Shown one piece after another: positions 20,928 through 33,800 of a stretch of DNA of 64,000 nucleotides; within the stretch, counting starts at the first letter, position 1, and every line of letters starts with the position of its first letter. A program made the translations under genes and the position numbers. The stretch spans positions 1 to 64,000 of the forward strand of contig JAANOX010000238.1 of assembly GCA_020184695.1 (NCBI GenBank), given 5' to 3'. The DNA is from Histomonas meleagridis 2922-C6/04-290x. Its lineage: Eukaryota; Protista; Parabasalia. The notes under the pieces were generated by a model. The model was not told the DNA's origin. It made no database searches and worked only from the letters and a program-made list of their open reading frames with translations.

Positions 20928-22844
20928 GTGTTTATGTCTTTAGAAACAAAATCAAATTCTCAAATTTCTCTCCCTTTATTTTCTGGTTCCAACAATTCAG
21001 ATGATAAAGATAATTTACTAGATCAATATCAAGAAAAAATGAATGAAATGCTCGAATGCCAAAAAGAAATATGTACTTTAAAATCACAACTAAATGACGT
21101 AATTGAAGAGAATAATGTACTTAGAAAAGATTATAAAATTTCATATGATTACTATAAAAATCAATTAGATCAAGCAAAAAGGCGAATTGAAGAACTCGAA
21201 GAGCAAAACTCTCTTCAAGCATCTCAAATTGAAAAATTACAACAAAAACTTGAAACAAATGAAAACAAAAACAAATCACAACTTCAACAAATTAATGAAC
21301 TTGAAGAACAAATTCATGAAAATAAAAGGCATCTCCAAGATCAAGTACAAATTTATGAATTAAAATGTGAAAGTTTAAGGCTTAATATAAATGAAGCAGA
21401 GAAACTTCTCGATGAAACAAAATCAGATTATGAGGAAAATATAAATAATCTTAAAAAACAATTTTTAATACTTCAATCAGAAAAAGATAAAGCACAGACC
21501 CAAAAAAACACAATTAAGCAACAAAATGAACAACTTAAAGATCAAATAGAACATCTGACAAATCAATTATCATTAGTCCAATCAATCAATTTACAACAAA
21601 AAGAAACACTTAAAGAATACCATAAACAAATAACTAACTTAAAAACAAAAAATATTGAACTTACGTTAACAAATCAAACCATTGATAAATTAAAGAAGAA
21701 AATCAATGAACTAAAAGAAATTAATATCGAAACAAATGAAAGTTATCAAAATCTATTAGAAAATAATCAGAAAGAAATTGAAAACAATAAGAAATTAATT
21801 TCATTCATTCAGAAAATTGCTTCTTCTCTTGGAATAAAAATCGATCAACCACAGAAAATACTCAAAGCAATAAAAACGCTTTTAATAGATAATTCTCAAA
21901 TGAAAGAATCATTACATTTTATTGATGAGATTGAAGAGAAAGTAATCAAACAAGATGAACAAAACGAATCAAATGAAATCCAAATTAAGCAATTAAAAAA
22001 CAAAAATGATTTACTCAAAAATAAAATTAAAATAACAAACGTAATTGAAAAATCACGAAAATCATTGTATAATAATAAAATATCAATGCAAACATTAATT
22101 ATATCTATTATTCTTATTAAAAGAATTCCAAAACTTTGTGCTGTTGGTAATAATTATGTTTTAGATAATAGAAATTGGTGGTGGATGATAAACTCAAAGC
22201 AAAAAAGTTTACAAACAATTAATAAAGAATTAAAACAAAATTTATATAAATTGAATGAAAACATAGAACAAAACCAAATTGTACAAAATGAACTTAAAAA
22301 TAAAATTAATGAAATATCAGAAAAATTAAATAAAAAAGAAGAAATTATTATTAAAAATGTTAAAAATGAAGAAATCCTTATAAAACAAATTAAAGAACTA
22401 AATTTAGAACTTTCAAAATTAATTGATGTAAATACATACCAAAATTTAAAACAAAAATATATACAAATTAAGAAGAATATGAAAAATTGTTCATTAAAAT
22501 TAGAAAAAGTTGAAAAAGTGAATTCACAAAAAGAAATTGAAATTGATGAACTAAATAAAATAATAAAAGAAAAAATAGAACAAAATAATGAACTTGAAGA
22601 AAAATTAAATGAATTTCAAGCTGAAAGAGAAAATCATATAGAATATATCAACATCCTCCAAGGTAATAATAGCGCAAAAAACAAAGAAATTTTCTCGCTC
22701 GAAAGAGAAATCAAAAAAGAAAAAGTATCTAACGATAAGTACACGAAGGAATGCCAAATTCTTGCATCTGAAAATCATTTCCTTTATAACCAACTTTATG
22801 GAAATAATTCCTGTTATACACAGAAAGCAAAAACTTTGTTGTAA
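20928..22844 (+). CDS. Long coiled-coil host protein, 638 aa
   Basis: Intact heptad-rich ORF divergent from PUS1; non-coiled insert ...DNRNWWWM. Confidence 0.8.
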   Translation: MFMSLETKSNSQISLPLFSGSNNSDDKDNLLDQYQEKMNEMLECQKEICTLKSQLNDVIEENNVLRKDYKISYDYYKNQLDQAKRRIEELEEQNSLQASQIEKLQQKLETNENKNKSQLQQINELEEQIHENKRHLQDQVQIYELKCESLRLNINEAEKLLDETKSDYEENINNLKKQFLILQSEKDKAQTQKNTIKQQNEQLKDQIEHLTNQLSLVQSINLQQKETLKEYHKQITNLKTKNIELTLTNQTIDKLKKKINELKEINIETNESYQNLLENNQKEIENNKKLISFIQKIASSLGIKIDQPQKILKAIKTLLIDNSQMKESLHFIDEIEEKVIKQDEQNESNEIQIKQLKNKNDLLKNKIKITNVIEKSRKSLYNNKISMQTLIISIILIKRIPKLCAVGNNYVLDNRNWWWMINSKQKSLQTINKELKQNLYKLNENIEQNQIVQNELKNKINEISEKLNKKEEIIIKNVKNEEILIKQIKELNLELSKLIDVNTYQNLKQKYIQIKKNMKNCSLKLEKVEKVNSQKEIEIDELNKIIKEKIEQNNELEEKLNEFQAERENHIEYINILQGNNSAKNKEIFSLEREIKKEKVSNDKYTKECQILASENHFLYNQLYGNNSCYTQKAKTLL

Positions 22845-22899
22845 TTAATAAAAGTATTATTATAAGTTTATATAGAGTTTTTCCGACTAAATATTTTTC

Positions 22900-23100
22900 A
22901 AAAGATTTCTTTTTGAATACCATTTTCTGAACATTCAGTATATTCTGTGTTTTATAAATTACGTAAATAAAAATGACCTCCCCAAATCTCAATTTAAAAT
23001 ATGATGAATACTCAACAACTTTGAATTCATTATCATTACGATGATGTGTCATTGTTGTGGTTACTTGGTTGCAATTAAAGGGGGAATTGATGCATAGATA
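22900..23100 (-). pseudogene. Possible downstream part of the Helitron-like Rep
   Basis: HRNDNEFKVVEYSSYFKLRFG(G)H loosely matches the Helitron VVPYNP.L..F.CH motif. Confidence 0.3.
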
Positions 23101-23150
23101 TTTTTGAGATTTGATCTAACGTCAGATCTATCTTTTAACCATATGCATAT

Positions 23151-24214
23151 GAATTCTCGAAAACTTTTTCAATGTGACTTTTTCAATTAATTTTAAACTT
23201 AAAAAAAATTGTATAAACAAAAATTATTCAATTTCGTTTAATTAAATGAATGGGGTTACATTGGTTCCAGCTTCGACCATTAGAACCGGTGTATATGTTT
23301 GGTAACAATTTGAAAGCCAACGGCCCATCGCCTTTATTTGGCAATCATTTATTTTCGCTTTAGCTGCTTGATGTGCAGCACCTTTTCGAAATGAATGTGT
23401 GCTGTAATTTGTGGCATTAATGTTTAATTTCGTTTATTGTTTTTTAAGGTTGTAACGAACAGATCTCTCTGTTATATTGAAGATAAAATCATCTGAACTA
23501 AAATTGTTTGATGAAAACCATAATTCTAACCATTGAAAGGGTGAATAATTTGTATTTGAATTTACAATAGAAACTTGAACTCTTCTTCCAGTTTGATCAG
23601 TTTTAGAGACTGGAATCATAAGTACAATTTTCCCTTCTTCATCTTTGATTATTTCTTTTTTTCGAATGTTTAAACATTCACTAATTTTTAATAATCCATA
23701 ATAACAAAGAGAATAGATTGTCATCAATTGAATAGATTTATTGTTATTTAATTTAACATTGGGAGCTAAAGACATCAATATTGCTGGAGTAATGTAACTT
23801 TTTGCATTCTTTGATGAACCTCCTAGCATTTCTCTTTTTAAACCTTTTAAATATATTCTAAATTCATAATTTTCGGTAAAATCGAATGTTTGGTTTTGGT
23901 TCAAATTAAAAGTAAAAGCTGATACAAATAATCTCAAATATCCATAAATTGTATTTGGGTTGTGTTCTCGATACCATTCAAGGAACACTCTTACTTTTTG
24001 TTCATCTGAAAAATAAGTTTGAGATTCTTCCCCAATATCATTAGAAATAATTTGAGAATAATTCATATAACTTCGCAGTAAAGTTTCATAGTTTTCTGTG
24101 TATTAGAAGCTATAACTTTTGCTTCTACTAACTTAGAATTGTTAAACTATCTTTGCATTAATATTTATGACCATGGTCGACGTTTAAAATTAATTGAAAA
24201 AGTTTCCGAGAATT
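23151..24214 (-). mobile_element. Gene-sized element: tyrosine recombinase between ~33 bp inverted repeats
   Basis: Left AATTCTCGAAAACTTTTTCAAT(gtgactttttcaat)TAATTTTAAAC; right GTTTAAAATTAATTGAAAAAGTTTCCGAGAATT. Confidence 0.65.
23228..24158 (-). pseudogene. Tyrosine recombinase (DIRS/Crypton-like catalytic motifs), stops and one frameshift
   Basis: ASNTQK.YE; CYYGLLKISE (R to K); SKTDQTG; after TAA at 23434: HSFRKGAA...IKAMGRWLSNCYQTY. Confidence 0.88.
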
Positions 24215-24239
24215 AAATCATATCTAAACTTTTTGAGCC

Positions 24240-24900
24240 AAGTTCAAAAAGTTGCCATATAATTTAAATATGTAAAGCACCTTTTGCTCGGAACTCTAAT
24301 ATAAAACAATATCCTGAAACTTCACCGAAATTCATGTTTTTAATAAGTTCATTAGATGTTTTTGTTTTTATATCTTCAAATCTTTTTTTCCAAATATATA
24401 TCTCTTCGAATGGGCATTACCTTATATCGAACTTATTATATTCAAAACTATCTATTTTCTCTTTCACTTCAGGCACTTATTGACAAATGTAAATGTTACG
24501 AAAACAAACTAACAAATAACATGAGATTGTTTGTGATACCAATAATCAGAGAAATCTGGGTCAATCTTTAATGTAGAAATATTTGATATATTTGATTTGT
24601 ACCATTTGCTTGCTACAATAATTCTATGAGCACTAATGTTATTATTATTAATATGTAATGCTTTATTTCTCATAATTGCATTATAAAATCATGATTTTGA
24701 ACATTGTGAACATCCACACTTGTAAAATGGATAACAATCGAATAATTTACCCGCTTTTTGTCTTAATGTTTTACCCGGAATTTCTGGTAATTTACCAAAC
24801 CGTAATAGCAATGGATACATAAGAATAAAGCCTTATCTATCACGATATAAATAATTGATTATTTTCCATTTATTATCATCATTATTATAAAAGATAAAAT
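24240..24900 (-). pseudogene. Helitron-like HUH endonuclease (Rep) remnant
   Basis: FVFVTFTFVNK(W)PEV (motif I) ... NFGEVSGYCFILEFRAKGALHI (motif II); upstream YPFYKCGCSQC. Confidence 0.55.
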
Positions 24901-25637
24901 GAAATAAATAACATCAAAATATTGTGAAAAATATTTAAAATTAAGTAATAGAGAGATATTAAATAGATTTTGAATAAAAAAATCAATTGCAAATCACAAA
25001 ATGACATCATAATATTATCATATTGTTCTTTAGATTTAAAATATGTATACCAACTTTGATGTAAGAGGTGTGTATTTAAATATAAAAAATAATAAGAAAA
25101 ATATATTTGGGAACAGGATTTCCATGTCCCAAATTTTTTAAATTTTTTTCATGCTTTTTGATCGTATTTTTTCATTATTAACATCTTTATCTCCAAATCA
25201 AATAATAATTTACTAAATTAATATGGTAACATCAATCATAATTATTATGTCGCTTATTATATTTCAAAATCAATTTTCATGATTTTTTGATTTCAAAATG
25301 AATAAACTCGATATTAACTGAATATAAATCAAAATTAATAAAAAATTTATATATATCATATAATTTCAATAAAATTAATAGAGAGATTAATCAACTTTCT
25401 AATTTAAAGTGAAATTGATTATTTATCATAAGAAAATTAAAATTGAAATAATTCAGTATTTATTATTTAATCAAGAGCATTAATAATTATGAATATTTTT
25501 TTGATTTACACATATTGAAATTATAAATGTGTATCGATTTATTTAACAAAACAATATTTTTTTCGGCGGTAGCCGTTTACAAATTACAGATTTGATCGTT
25601 TTTTATTCAATTCACTGGAGTGAAACCTTGAACTATT

Positions 25638-27149
25638 TTGACTCAAATGTTGTCTAAATGGCCATCCCGTTACGACCGAATTTTACCAGAAATTCCTCAT
25701 TATATTCAAATTAACAATTACAAATATCAATTCGAACGTTATGGTTCGATAAAATATAGAAGAACATTTTATAGATGTATTTATGGAAATAGGAGTGTGG
25801 AGCATCATTGCACTTGTTATGCAGTGATCAATTTTGCTCTTGATTTAAAACAATTTTATTATCAAATAAAAGGTGCACATTTATGTGCACAAAATAACAC
25901 AAAAAAGAATCAATTTTTTACTGAAGAACAAGTTCAAGCATAGATTATTAAATGCTTCAACAACAACAAATATCAAAGAGCATTAACGATTTTTTTCGAA
26001 AGAATTTTAAAATGGATTGAAACAAAAACCCCTTCAGGTGAAATAAAAAAAAATAATAGATTACAAAAAAGTTCAAAATTTTGTATATGAACTTAATCGT
26101 CAATATTGTGAACGATCAGATTTTCGGAAGACGATAGATGGGGATAGGTTTTAATTATTTGAGATTCCAATTGAAAATAATCAAACAATTTTAGGTTTTG
26201 CATCAGATTTTATGTTACAAAGAGTACCTGAATCAAGTATTATTGGGATAGATGGTACATTTAAAGTTTCTCCAGAAAATTCTAATAAATTAATTATTTT
26301 TATTGGAAGAACAATATATATGAATTATCCATTATTTTATCTGATACTCCCGGATAAAAAAGAAAGTACGTATAATTTGACATTTACTTCTTATTTAAAT
26401 TGTTTACAAAGATTTGGTTATAATTTAATGGAAGATGTGAAATTTATATCTGATTTTGAACAAGCATTAATAAATGCAATTATTAACAATTTAATGCGAA
26501 ATAATTATTATATACAATTGTGTTATTTTACTTTCACGCAAACATTAAGAAAATATAAAGTTACATTTAAAAAAGAACAAAATGAAATAGGAATTGATTT
26601 ATTTAAAATTATTAAATTACTTCCACTCATAGATATTAATTATGCATCACAATTTATAAATTTTCTTCCTCGACTTAATGGTATTAATGAAAGTTTGAAT
26701 AATTTTATTTCTTATTTTCGTGAAACTTATACAAAAACATTCCCCATATAAACTATTGGAACTGTACTGGAAAACCATTAAAAAAAAGAGTTACAAATAA
26801 TGCAAATGAGAGTTTTAATAAAAAATTAAATATTTACATTTATACATCAAAAACATCACATCATGAATTTTTTATTCACATACAAACACTAGAAAATTCA
26901 TTAAAAAACATGTATCTTAATTATCGAAGAGAAAACAATATTAGAAGTAAATATAAGGAAGAACCATTACATAATCAAAATATAGCATTCATTCGGAATT
27001 TAAATAATTTAAGAAAAATATATAAAATTTTCCAGCAAGCATTACAATATGAAAATACATTTGATTTTGGCATCAAAGAAGATCAATCAGAATTTAGAGA
27101 TATAAATATAACAGTGCCAATGTTTAATAAAAAAAAATATTATCGATGA
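25638..27149 (+). pseudogene. MULE (Mutator) transposase, decayed
   Basis: FYRC...HHCTC...GAHLC Zn finger; IGIDGTFK; ISDFEQALINAI; LCYF; YWNC...RVTNNANESFNKKLN. Confidence 0.85.
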
Positions 27150-27458
27150 ATATAAAATCTAAAAGAAATTGTCAACCAGTAATTCTCGAAAATTTTTTAA
27201 TAAGATACAAAAATGCAAAAGATGGAAAAATCAAAAAACGCATAATGAGATAAATTCCGAATTGTAAAAATAGATGGAAAGATCCTTTCATTTCAAGAGT
27301 ACACATGGAAAGAGAAGTATAAAAAATGGAAAGATCTAAAGCACCAGGAAAAGTGGAATAATTAAAAAGTTTAAGTAAAATTTAACCTATGAAAAAAATT
27401 AATCATTTTAGGTTTGAATTATCGTATAATGTATAATGTATAATGTATATTAACTATT

Positions 27459-27582
27459 TATATTATACATTACTTTATATATTATACATTACTTTATATA
27501 TTATACATTACTTTATATATTATACATTACATTATATATTATACATTACTTTATATATTATACATTACTTTATATATTATAC
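27459..27582. repeat. 19 bp minisatellite (TATATTATACATTACTTTA), about 6.5 copies
   Basis: Direct reading. Confidence 0.9.
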
Positions 27583-28224
27583 TTATCATTTTATAAAGTG
27601 TGTTAAATAAACAAAAGTTATTAATATAAAATTAAAATTAGATCATTATTTGCTTACAAAATTCAAGTATTGTTCAAGTATAATTTTTTGTTAATCTGAC
27701 ATTTTATATTTTATCAGAATTATCCTGACAAAAATAGGAAGTATCCAAAAAAATTGAATAGGTGATATTTTCTCACAATTTCTAGTAATTTGAATACTCA
27801 TTCAAAAATGGCATCATGAAAAAGAAAAAATTTTCTAATAAAATCATATACATAGAATATTTTAATAAAAATAATATACCATCATATGTTTTAACATATG
27901 GAAAATTTGATTATGATATTTATTTTTTAAATTTTTTTTACTTTTTTTTATCTGCATTGATTACATTAAAAATTATTTTTTCTACATTATATGCCAAAAA
28001 TATATCTTCTACTTATATATATTATGTTTTTGATATTATTATTTTAAAATGAATAATTTCATTTTTTCGGAAATTTTATAATTTTAAATTTTTTGATTTT
28101 TTTCTTGTTGTAATTATACAACAGTTCAAAAAGTCAAAAATTGAGTCGATAACCGTCCAAAAGTGTGTATGTTTTGGGTATAAAATTAGACTTCCCATTT
28201 GCTGTTCTCCTTTGTATTGTATAT

Positions 28225-28441
28225 TTAAAGCTATATGTTTATATAAAGCACTAGCATTATCACTATTAAGTTCAGTTTCTCTTGTAATTATTTTTGGTGT
28301 TTCTTCATTAACTTCAGGATAATGTGCTGGTGTTTCACTATTGTTATTATTAATAATAATAACTTTACAATTAGCACTAGAACTATTATGTTCAGTATTA
28401 TTCTTCCCTACATGAGGTGAGAAATCACTTATTTTAATCAT
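28225..28441 (-). pseudogene. Truncated copy of ORF 11499-12020; marks the left edge of Maverick block B
   Basis: Identity ends after HIAL. Confidence 0.85.
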
Positions 28442-28462
28442 AAAATGGTTTTAATTTTTTAT

Positions 28463-29570
28463 TTAATTATTCACTCCGTATCCAGTAACTTTTTGTATAT
28501 AAGCACTGATAGCATCTTTGATTTCATTTTGTTCACCATTCTTATCTTCTATCATTTCAGTAACAGCTTTTTTACAAGCACTAGTATAATAATTTTCACC
28601 AGTTTCTTCCATAATAAACTTTTTAGCTTCATCAAATTTATCATGTAATTTATAAGGTTCTAATAATTCATTAACTCTAGGAATAACAAAATTTCTATAC
28701 ATTACGGCTGACACTGTAAGTATAGGACACAATGACTTTGCTCTTTTAGTATTTGCTACACCTCTAATTTGTTCCATATTTGTCATTAGTTGATGATAAA
28801 GTGGCTTAATAACCAAACTAGTAAATACTTGATTTGCTGTTCTCCTTCTTGGTTTATGTGTTTTATAAATTTTTATAACACCTGTATCACCATAATATTT
28901 TTTATTTAACTCATTAACCTTTTGTATAAATGGTATATAATCCTCATATGGAGTAACTGTTGGATCATCAAATGGTTTCTTATTATTAAATTCAACCTTT
29001 CTAACTTTATTTTGTAAGAAATCTTGAAAAGTTGGAACATATTCATTGTTAGTTCTCCTTTCTCTCCTTTTAGCAGGTGAGCCATATGTATTTTGTAAAT
29101 GACTGATATATTCTCTTTCATAAGGATCTTGAGTTTTAACTGTCCAACCATTAACGATTTTAGCTCTCCTATGTTGATCTCTGACTATAATATCTGGAAT
29201 TCCATTCTTATTAATATCTTTTTCTATAGCTGCCCAATGATATTTTTTTTTTACCCTTATTATGTTTTGCAACTATATCACTTGCACCTTTCAGAGTTTG
29301 TGCTTCTATAACTTTTTTAACATCTTTTTTTAAATCAAGAATAAGATGAGCTAAAGTTTCCATATTTGGATCTAATATAACTCGATTTCCACCAACATAT
29401 TCATAATTTTTAGGATTATCCTCAAAATGATACATTTCACCATCAGGTGTTATTAAAGGTTCACGTTCTTGTTTAACAGGCATATGATAACGTGGTGGTA
29501 AATTTTCAGGATTCCTTTTAATAGCGTAATTTCTTTCAGGTAAGTCAGTGGCAAGTATTGTTTCCGACAT
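28463..29570 (-). pseudogene. Maverick protein with DxNxNG loop, one homopolymer frameshift near 29250
   Basis: ORFs 29211-29570 and 28463-29272 join at GKKK/YHWAAIEKDINKNGIPD. Confidence 0.75.
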
Positions 29571-29600
29571 AAAAAAAAATGATTATTCTAAAATATTTTT

Positions 29601-30406
29601 TTATTCAATTTTTATTTTTTGATTATTCACGTCGACGATCATTTTTTGATGACCTGACAGTTTTTGATAAACTGAATAAATTTGATCTTTAGTATAAGGC
29701 AATGGTATTTGAGCTATTATATAACTTAATTGCTGTTTAGAGAAATTAGGAAATATAAATATAGTACTTACATTAGCTTTAACTTCGGCAGGTAAAGATT
29801 TCCAAAATTGTACAGCGAAAAATACAGAACATTGAATATGAGCTAATTTAGTAAATAATTGATTAAAATAATTAGTAGGTTTTTTAAATAAAGGACTATT
29901 AGCACAATCTTCAAAAAATATTATAGTATGTAAAGTTAAATTATTAAAATTATTAAATGATAATTTTTCAAATAATTCAGTTATTTGATTATCTACTATT
30001 TTATTTTCCCAATGATTATTTTTAATTTCATTATAAAATTGTTTCCATTTTTAATATATCTTTAACTATATCTTCTGCTTGATTTTTCAGCTACATATAA
30101 AATTGGGATTTTAATTAAAGGTTTTAATGATTCAAATGTAGGATCATTTTTCTAATCCATTTTTTTATTAATATAAATTAATAAATGAGTTCTAGGACTA
30201 ATATTACTAATTTTAATAATTTCTCTAATTATACATTGAGTTTTCCCACTTCTTTGTCTACCTACTGCTATATTTAAAGAATTATAAGGTACATTCACTT
30301 CTGGATGAATTTCACTTATTAATTCTTCATTTAATTTAAATTTATTTTTATATAAACAATAATCAATCATATTATCTAAGGCATCAATATTAATATCGTT
30401 TTCCAT
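29601..30406 (-). pseudogene. Packaging ATPase, full length with one A-run frameshift near 30155
   Basis: VGRQRSGKT (Walker A); HTIIFFED (Walker B); LAHIQCSVFFAVQ. Confidence 0.9.
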
Positions 30407-30445
30407 AAAATAAAATAATTTTATAAAATCAATTCATTATTATTA

Positions 30446-30817
30446 ATGGAAGCTCTTTATACATGCTTCGCTCAAGAGTTTAAAGATTGTGATTTTACTG
30501 CTATAAATATTAAACCTTCGTTTTCTATCGTTAAAAATAAAAATGTAATAACATTAACTGTAACTGTATATAATAAATATCATAATTTATTAAGAAAACA
30601 AATTTATAAATTTATAGATGAAAAATATCATCCAACTATAAAGAATCCTTTACAATATATAACACCTGAACAATTAGATCAAGCTTATCAAATATCTAAA
30701 ATGGAATTGTTAAATCAAATATTTAATAATGCCTACTTAGGTAAATTAAATGTATTGCAACAATACCCTAATACATTAACTCAAGAAGAAAACACTCAAA
30801 ATGACAATAATTATTAA
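30446..30817 (+). CDS. Maverick hypothetical protein, 123 aa, divergent from the ATPase
   Basis: Intact ORF; truncated paralog at 13992. Confidence 0.65.
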   Translation: MEALYTCFAQEFKDCDFTAINIKPSFSIVKNKNVITLTVTVYNKYHNLLRKQIYKFIDEKYHPTIKNPLQYITPEQLDQAYQISKMELLNQIFNNAYLGKLNVLQQYPNTLTQEENTQNDNNY

Positions 30818-30862
30818 TAAAAAAAATTGGTTAACTCATCTTTTATTAATGACTGAGGTCCC

Positions 30863-33800
30863 CTAGTTAAAATAGTTGTTAACGTTTTTTTTTTTTTCAT
30901 ATGTGGTCTTTAACGTTCTCGGTAACTTGTCGACATTAGTAGTGATAGTTTGATTAGGATTTAATTTAAATTTGGTTGTACCTAATAATAAATTAAATTC
31001 TATTTCCTTACATATATATAAAGAACGATACAATTTCATTATATCATCATCGTAATCAAGATTCGCATGTATATATCTAGTATCGGTAGGTATACCTTTT
31101 GCCTCAGACATATAACCTATACCACCATCATTGTATAATAATTTATCGATATAGGTTTTCTTCATGATGAAGTAGCTTTCAACTGCGCAGTTGACATCGC
31201 TTCTACCATCATCACTAGTAAAATCGGAATGAAATTGCCCTAAATTATTACCTATTAATTTTCTATTATATTTAGCCTCGAAGGCTGTTTCTAATTTAGG
31301 TAAATCCGATTTTACTATATGCATTGAGTCTGTATCTTGATAAAAGATTTTACAGCCAATGTCATATGCTAAGCACATCACTTCGTTCATTATACGTTTC
31401 GACATGCTTAATATTTGAACGCCTTACAACGATAAGTTAAAATGCTTATCTATAGGTTGTTTTATATTAAATGATTCTATATTTGAATCATTAATCAGAA
31501 TTCTTTCTATTATTCGAAAGTAATTCTTTATGGCATAGTTATCTGCCCGAGTACCTTTTTTCAAGTACTTCCACTCTTTGCTGATCGGCTTTTCAATTGT
31601 TTTGCCGTAACAACTATTCATAATTAATTTGTATATTTGTTGGAGAGGGTTATTTTGTTTGTATTCCACACGTTTTTGAAATATATCTTTGATTACATTT
31701 TAAATTGTGGAATCATAACCCTCATCCCAGTAATAACCTCTTACTAATTTATATTGAATTTGTTGATATTGAATTAAATCGTCTAATGTCATATTATCAA
31801 CAACCATAGTAACAGGGTAGTCTTCAGTAATATAATTATCATCATTTAAATTTAATTCATTAATTCTTTGAACTATTAAAGGGAATGGGTAATGTTTTCT
31901 AACTTTAGTAATGATGATTTCAACATAAGCGTTTGTATTATTTTTTAAATAATTTAAATTTAGTTGTTCTTCTTTAATTACTTTTGGAGGACCGTTAATG
32001 ACACTTATTCTAGCCATTGCTGATGGGTATAATGATACGGCATCAAAGTCGCATAATTCTTCTTTGATGTGCCACTTTTTATTATATGCAGTCATGCATC
32101 TTCCACCATAAACTGCTCTAGCTATAAAGTGTCTAACATGTCCCCCAACTTGGAATAAATTATTGTTTGTTGAATAAACTTTTTGTGTAAATACTGCATT
32201 AGCTAAAGATGATATTGATAAATAATGATAAGGTAAAATATCGAATGATTCTTGAAAGCCTAAGCAAAAACGATTAAAGCCTTCACGTAATATTCTTACG
32301 TCTTGTCTACAATAAAAGATCGCATATTCCCACATATTAAAAGTGGCTTCATCAATGCGACAGTTTGGGATGTTAATAATGTTATTAAAGAATTCTGTAT
32401 AATTGTTTTCATCCCAAGGCTTATTATCGTAAATGCCTGCTTCATCAATTAAACCTACCCCTGATTCTAATCGTTGTAAAATGTAATAACGATAGGGGAA
32501 TATTTCTTTTTTAACACCTTTAATACCAAACATTGGAGGCAATAACTTAAGTTTACAAGTTAATATTGGTAAAGTGTCTCTAAAGTAAATTATTTTTTTG
32601 TTAAATTCTACATCCATTGATAATACCTTTGTCCCTTTAATAGTTGATTTTTTAATACCATATTTTGCTATAAATTTTGAATCATAAGCTAAATTATGGA
32701 AATATATTGTTGAATTATTTGGTAAATAATCTAATAAATCTTCACCACAATTAGGTCCTTTAAAAACCTGTTCTTCACTACCATCATATTTCTGAACCAC
32801 ACATAAATATGGTCGATGAATATCACCTGTAATATCTGACTCAAAATCTCCATAATAAATTAAATTTGTATCGATAAATTTATTTTTCTTTTTATTACTA
32901 ATAAAACGTCTAACACAAGTGTTGGGATTATAATCTAATGAATAATTCATCCCATTATAACATTGATCTGAAAAATCTGTACGTAATAAAGGAAAATAAG
33001 AATATGTAATTGGTGTAAATGAATTTTTTTCCATTATAGTAGTAATTAATTGTAATGTATCACATTTCTTTTTACTTCTGAAATTAATTAAATTTGATTC
33101 ATCGAAATGCTGTACATAATCTGAGGTAAAAGGCGTCATTTCTTTAATAAAGTAATGTTGTTCAAATAAATATAAATGAATTTTGTATTTTGCTTGTTCT
33201 AATTTTTGACCAATATAATTATAAATTTGACCTTCTTTTTGGTAAACTATAGGACGTATTCGAAGTTTACCATTTGCATCTACTGTCTTGTATACTTTAT
33301 GTTTTTGAACATATACAGAATTTTCCTTACAAACGAAATCAAGTTTTGAAGCTATTTGATATTTAATTAATATACGACATCTCATTTTGTCGAGAACATC
33401 TTCAGGGATATCAGATTGCTTTAAAGCATAAATAAAGCAGCAATCATTTAATTCTTCCCTTTGTTTATTATCTACTAATAATGTTTCAAATATTTGTAAA
33501 CCCCTTAAATAATCTAATAATATAAAAGGAATATTTGGAGATACTAAATTAGGAAAGAATTGTGCCCCATTTTGATTAGCATTTGGCACAAGTCGCATCC
33601 CAAAACCAGTTAAATGAATTTCATACGGTATATAAGCATTATCTTCATCTGAACCTTCAAATTAATAAATTTCAGTATAATATGGTTCAATATCTCCTCC
33701 AAGTTCAGTAAAACTTGTTAAAATATTACGATAAAATTCATTTAAACATGGTTTTTGAGACCAATCTTCATTCATCCTTCTATAATTAACAAAATAATGT

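Noticed and set aside
27459-27582. CRISPR-like array
   Set aside because: Tandem units without unique spacers; eukaryotic context; no cas genes
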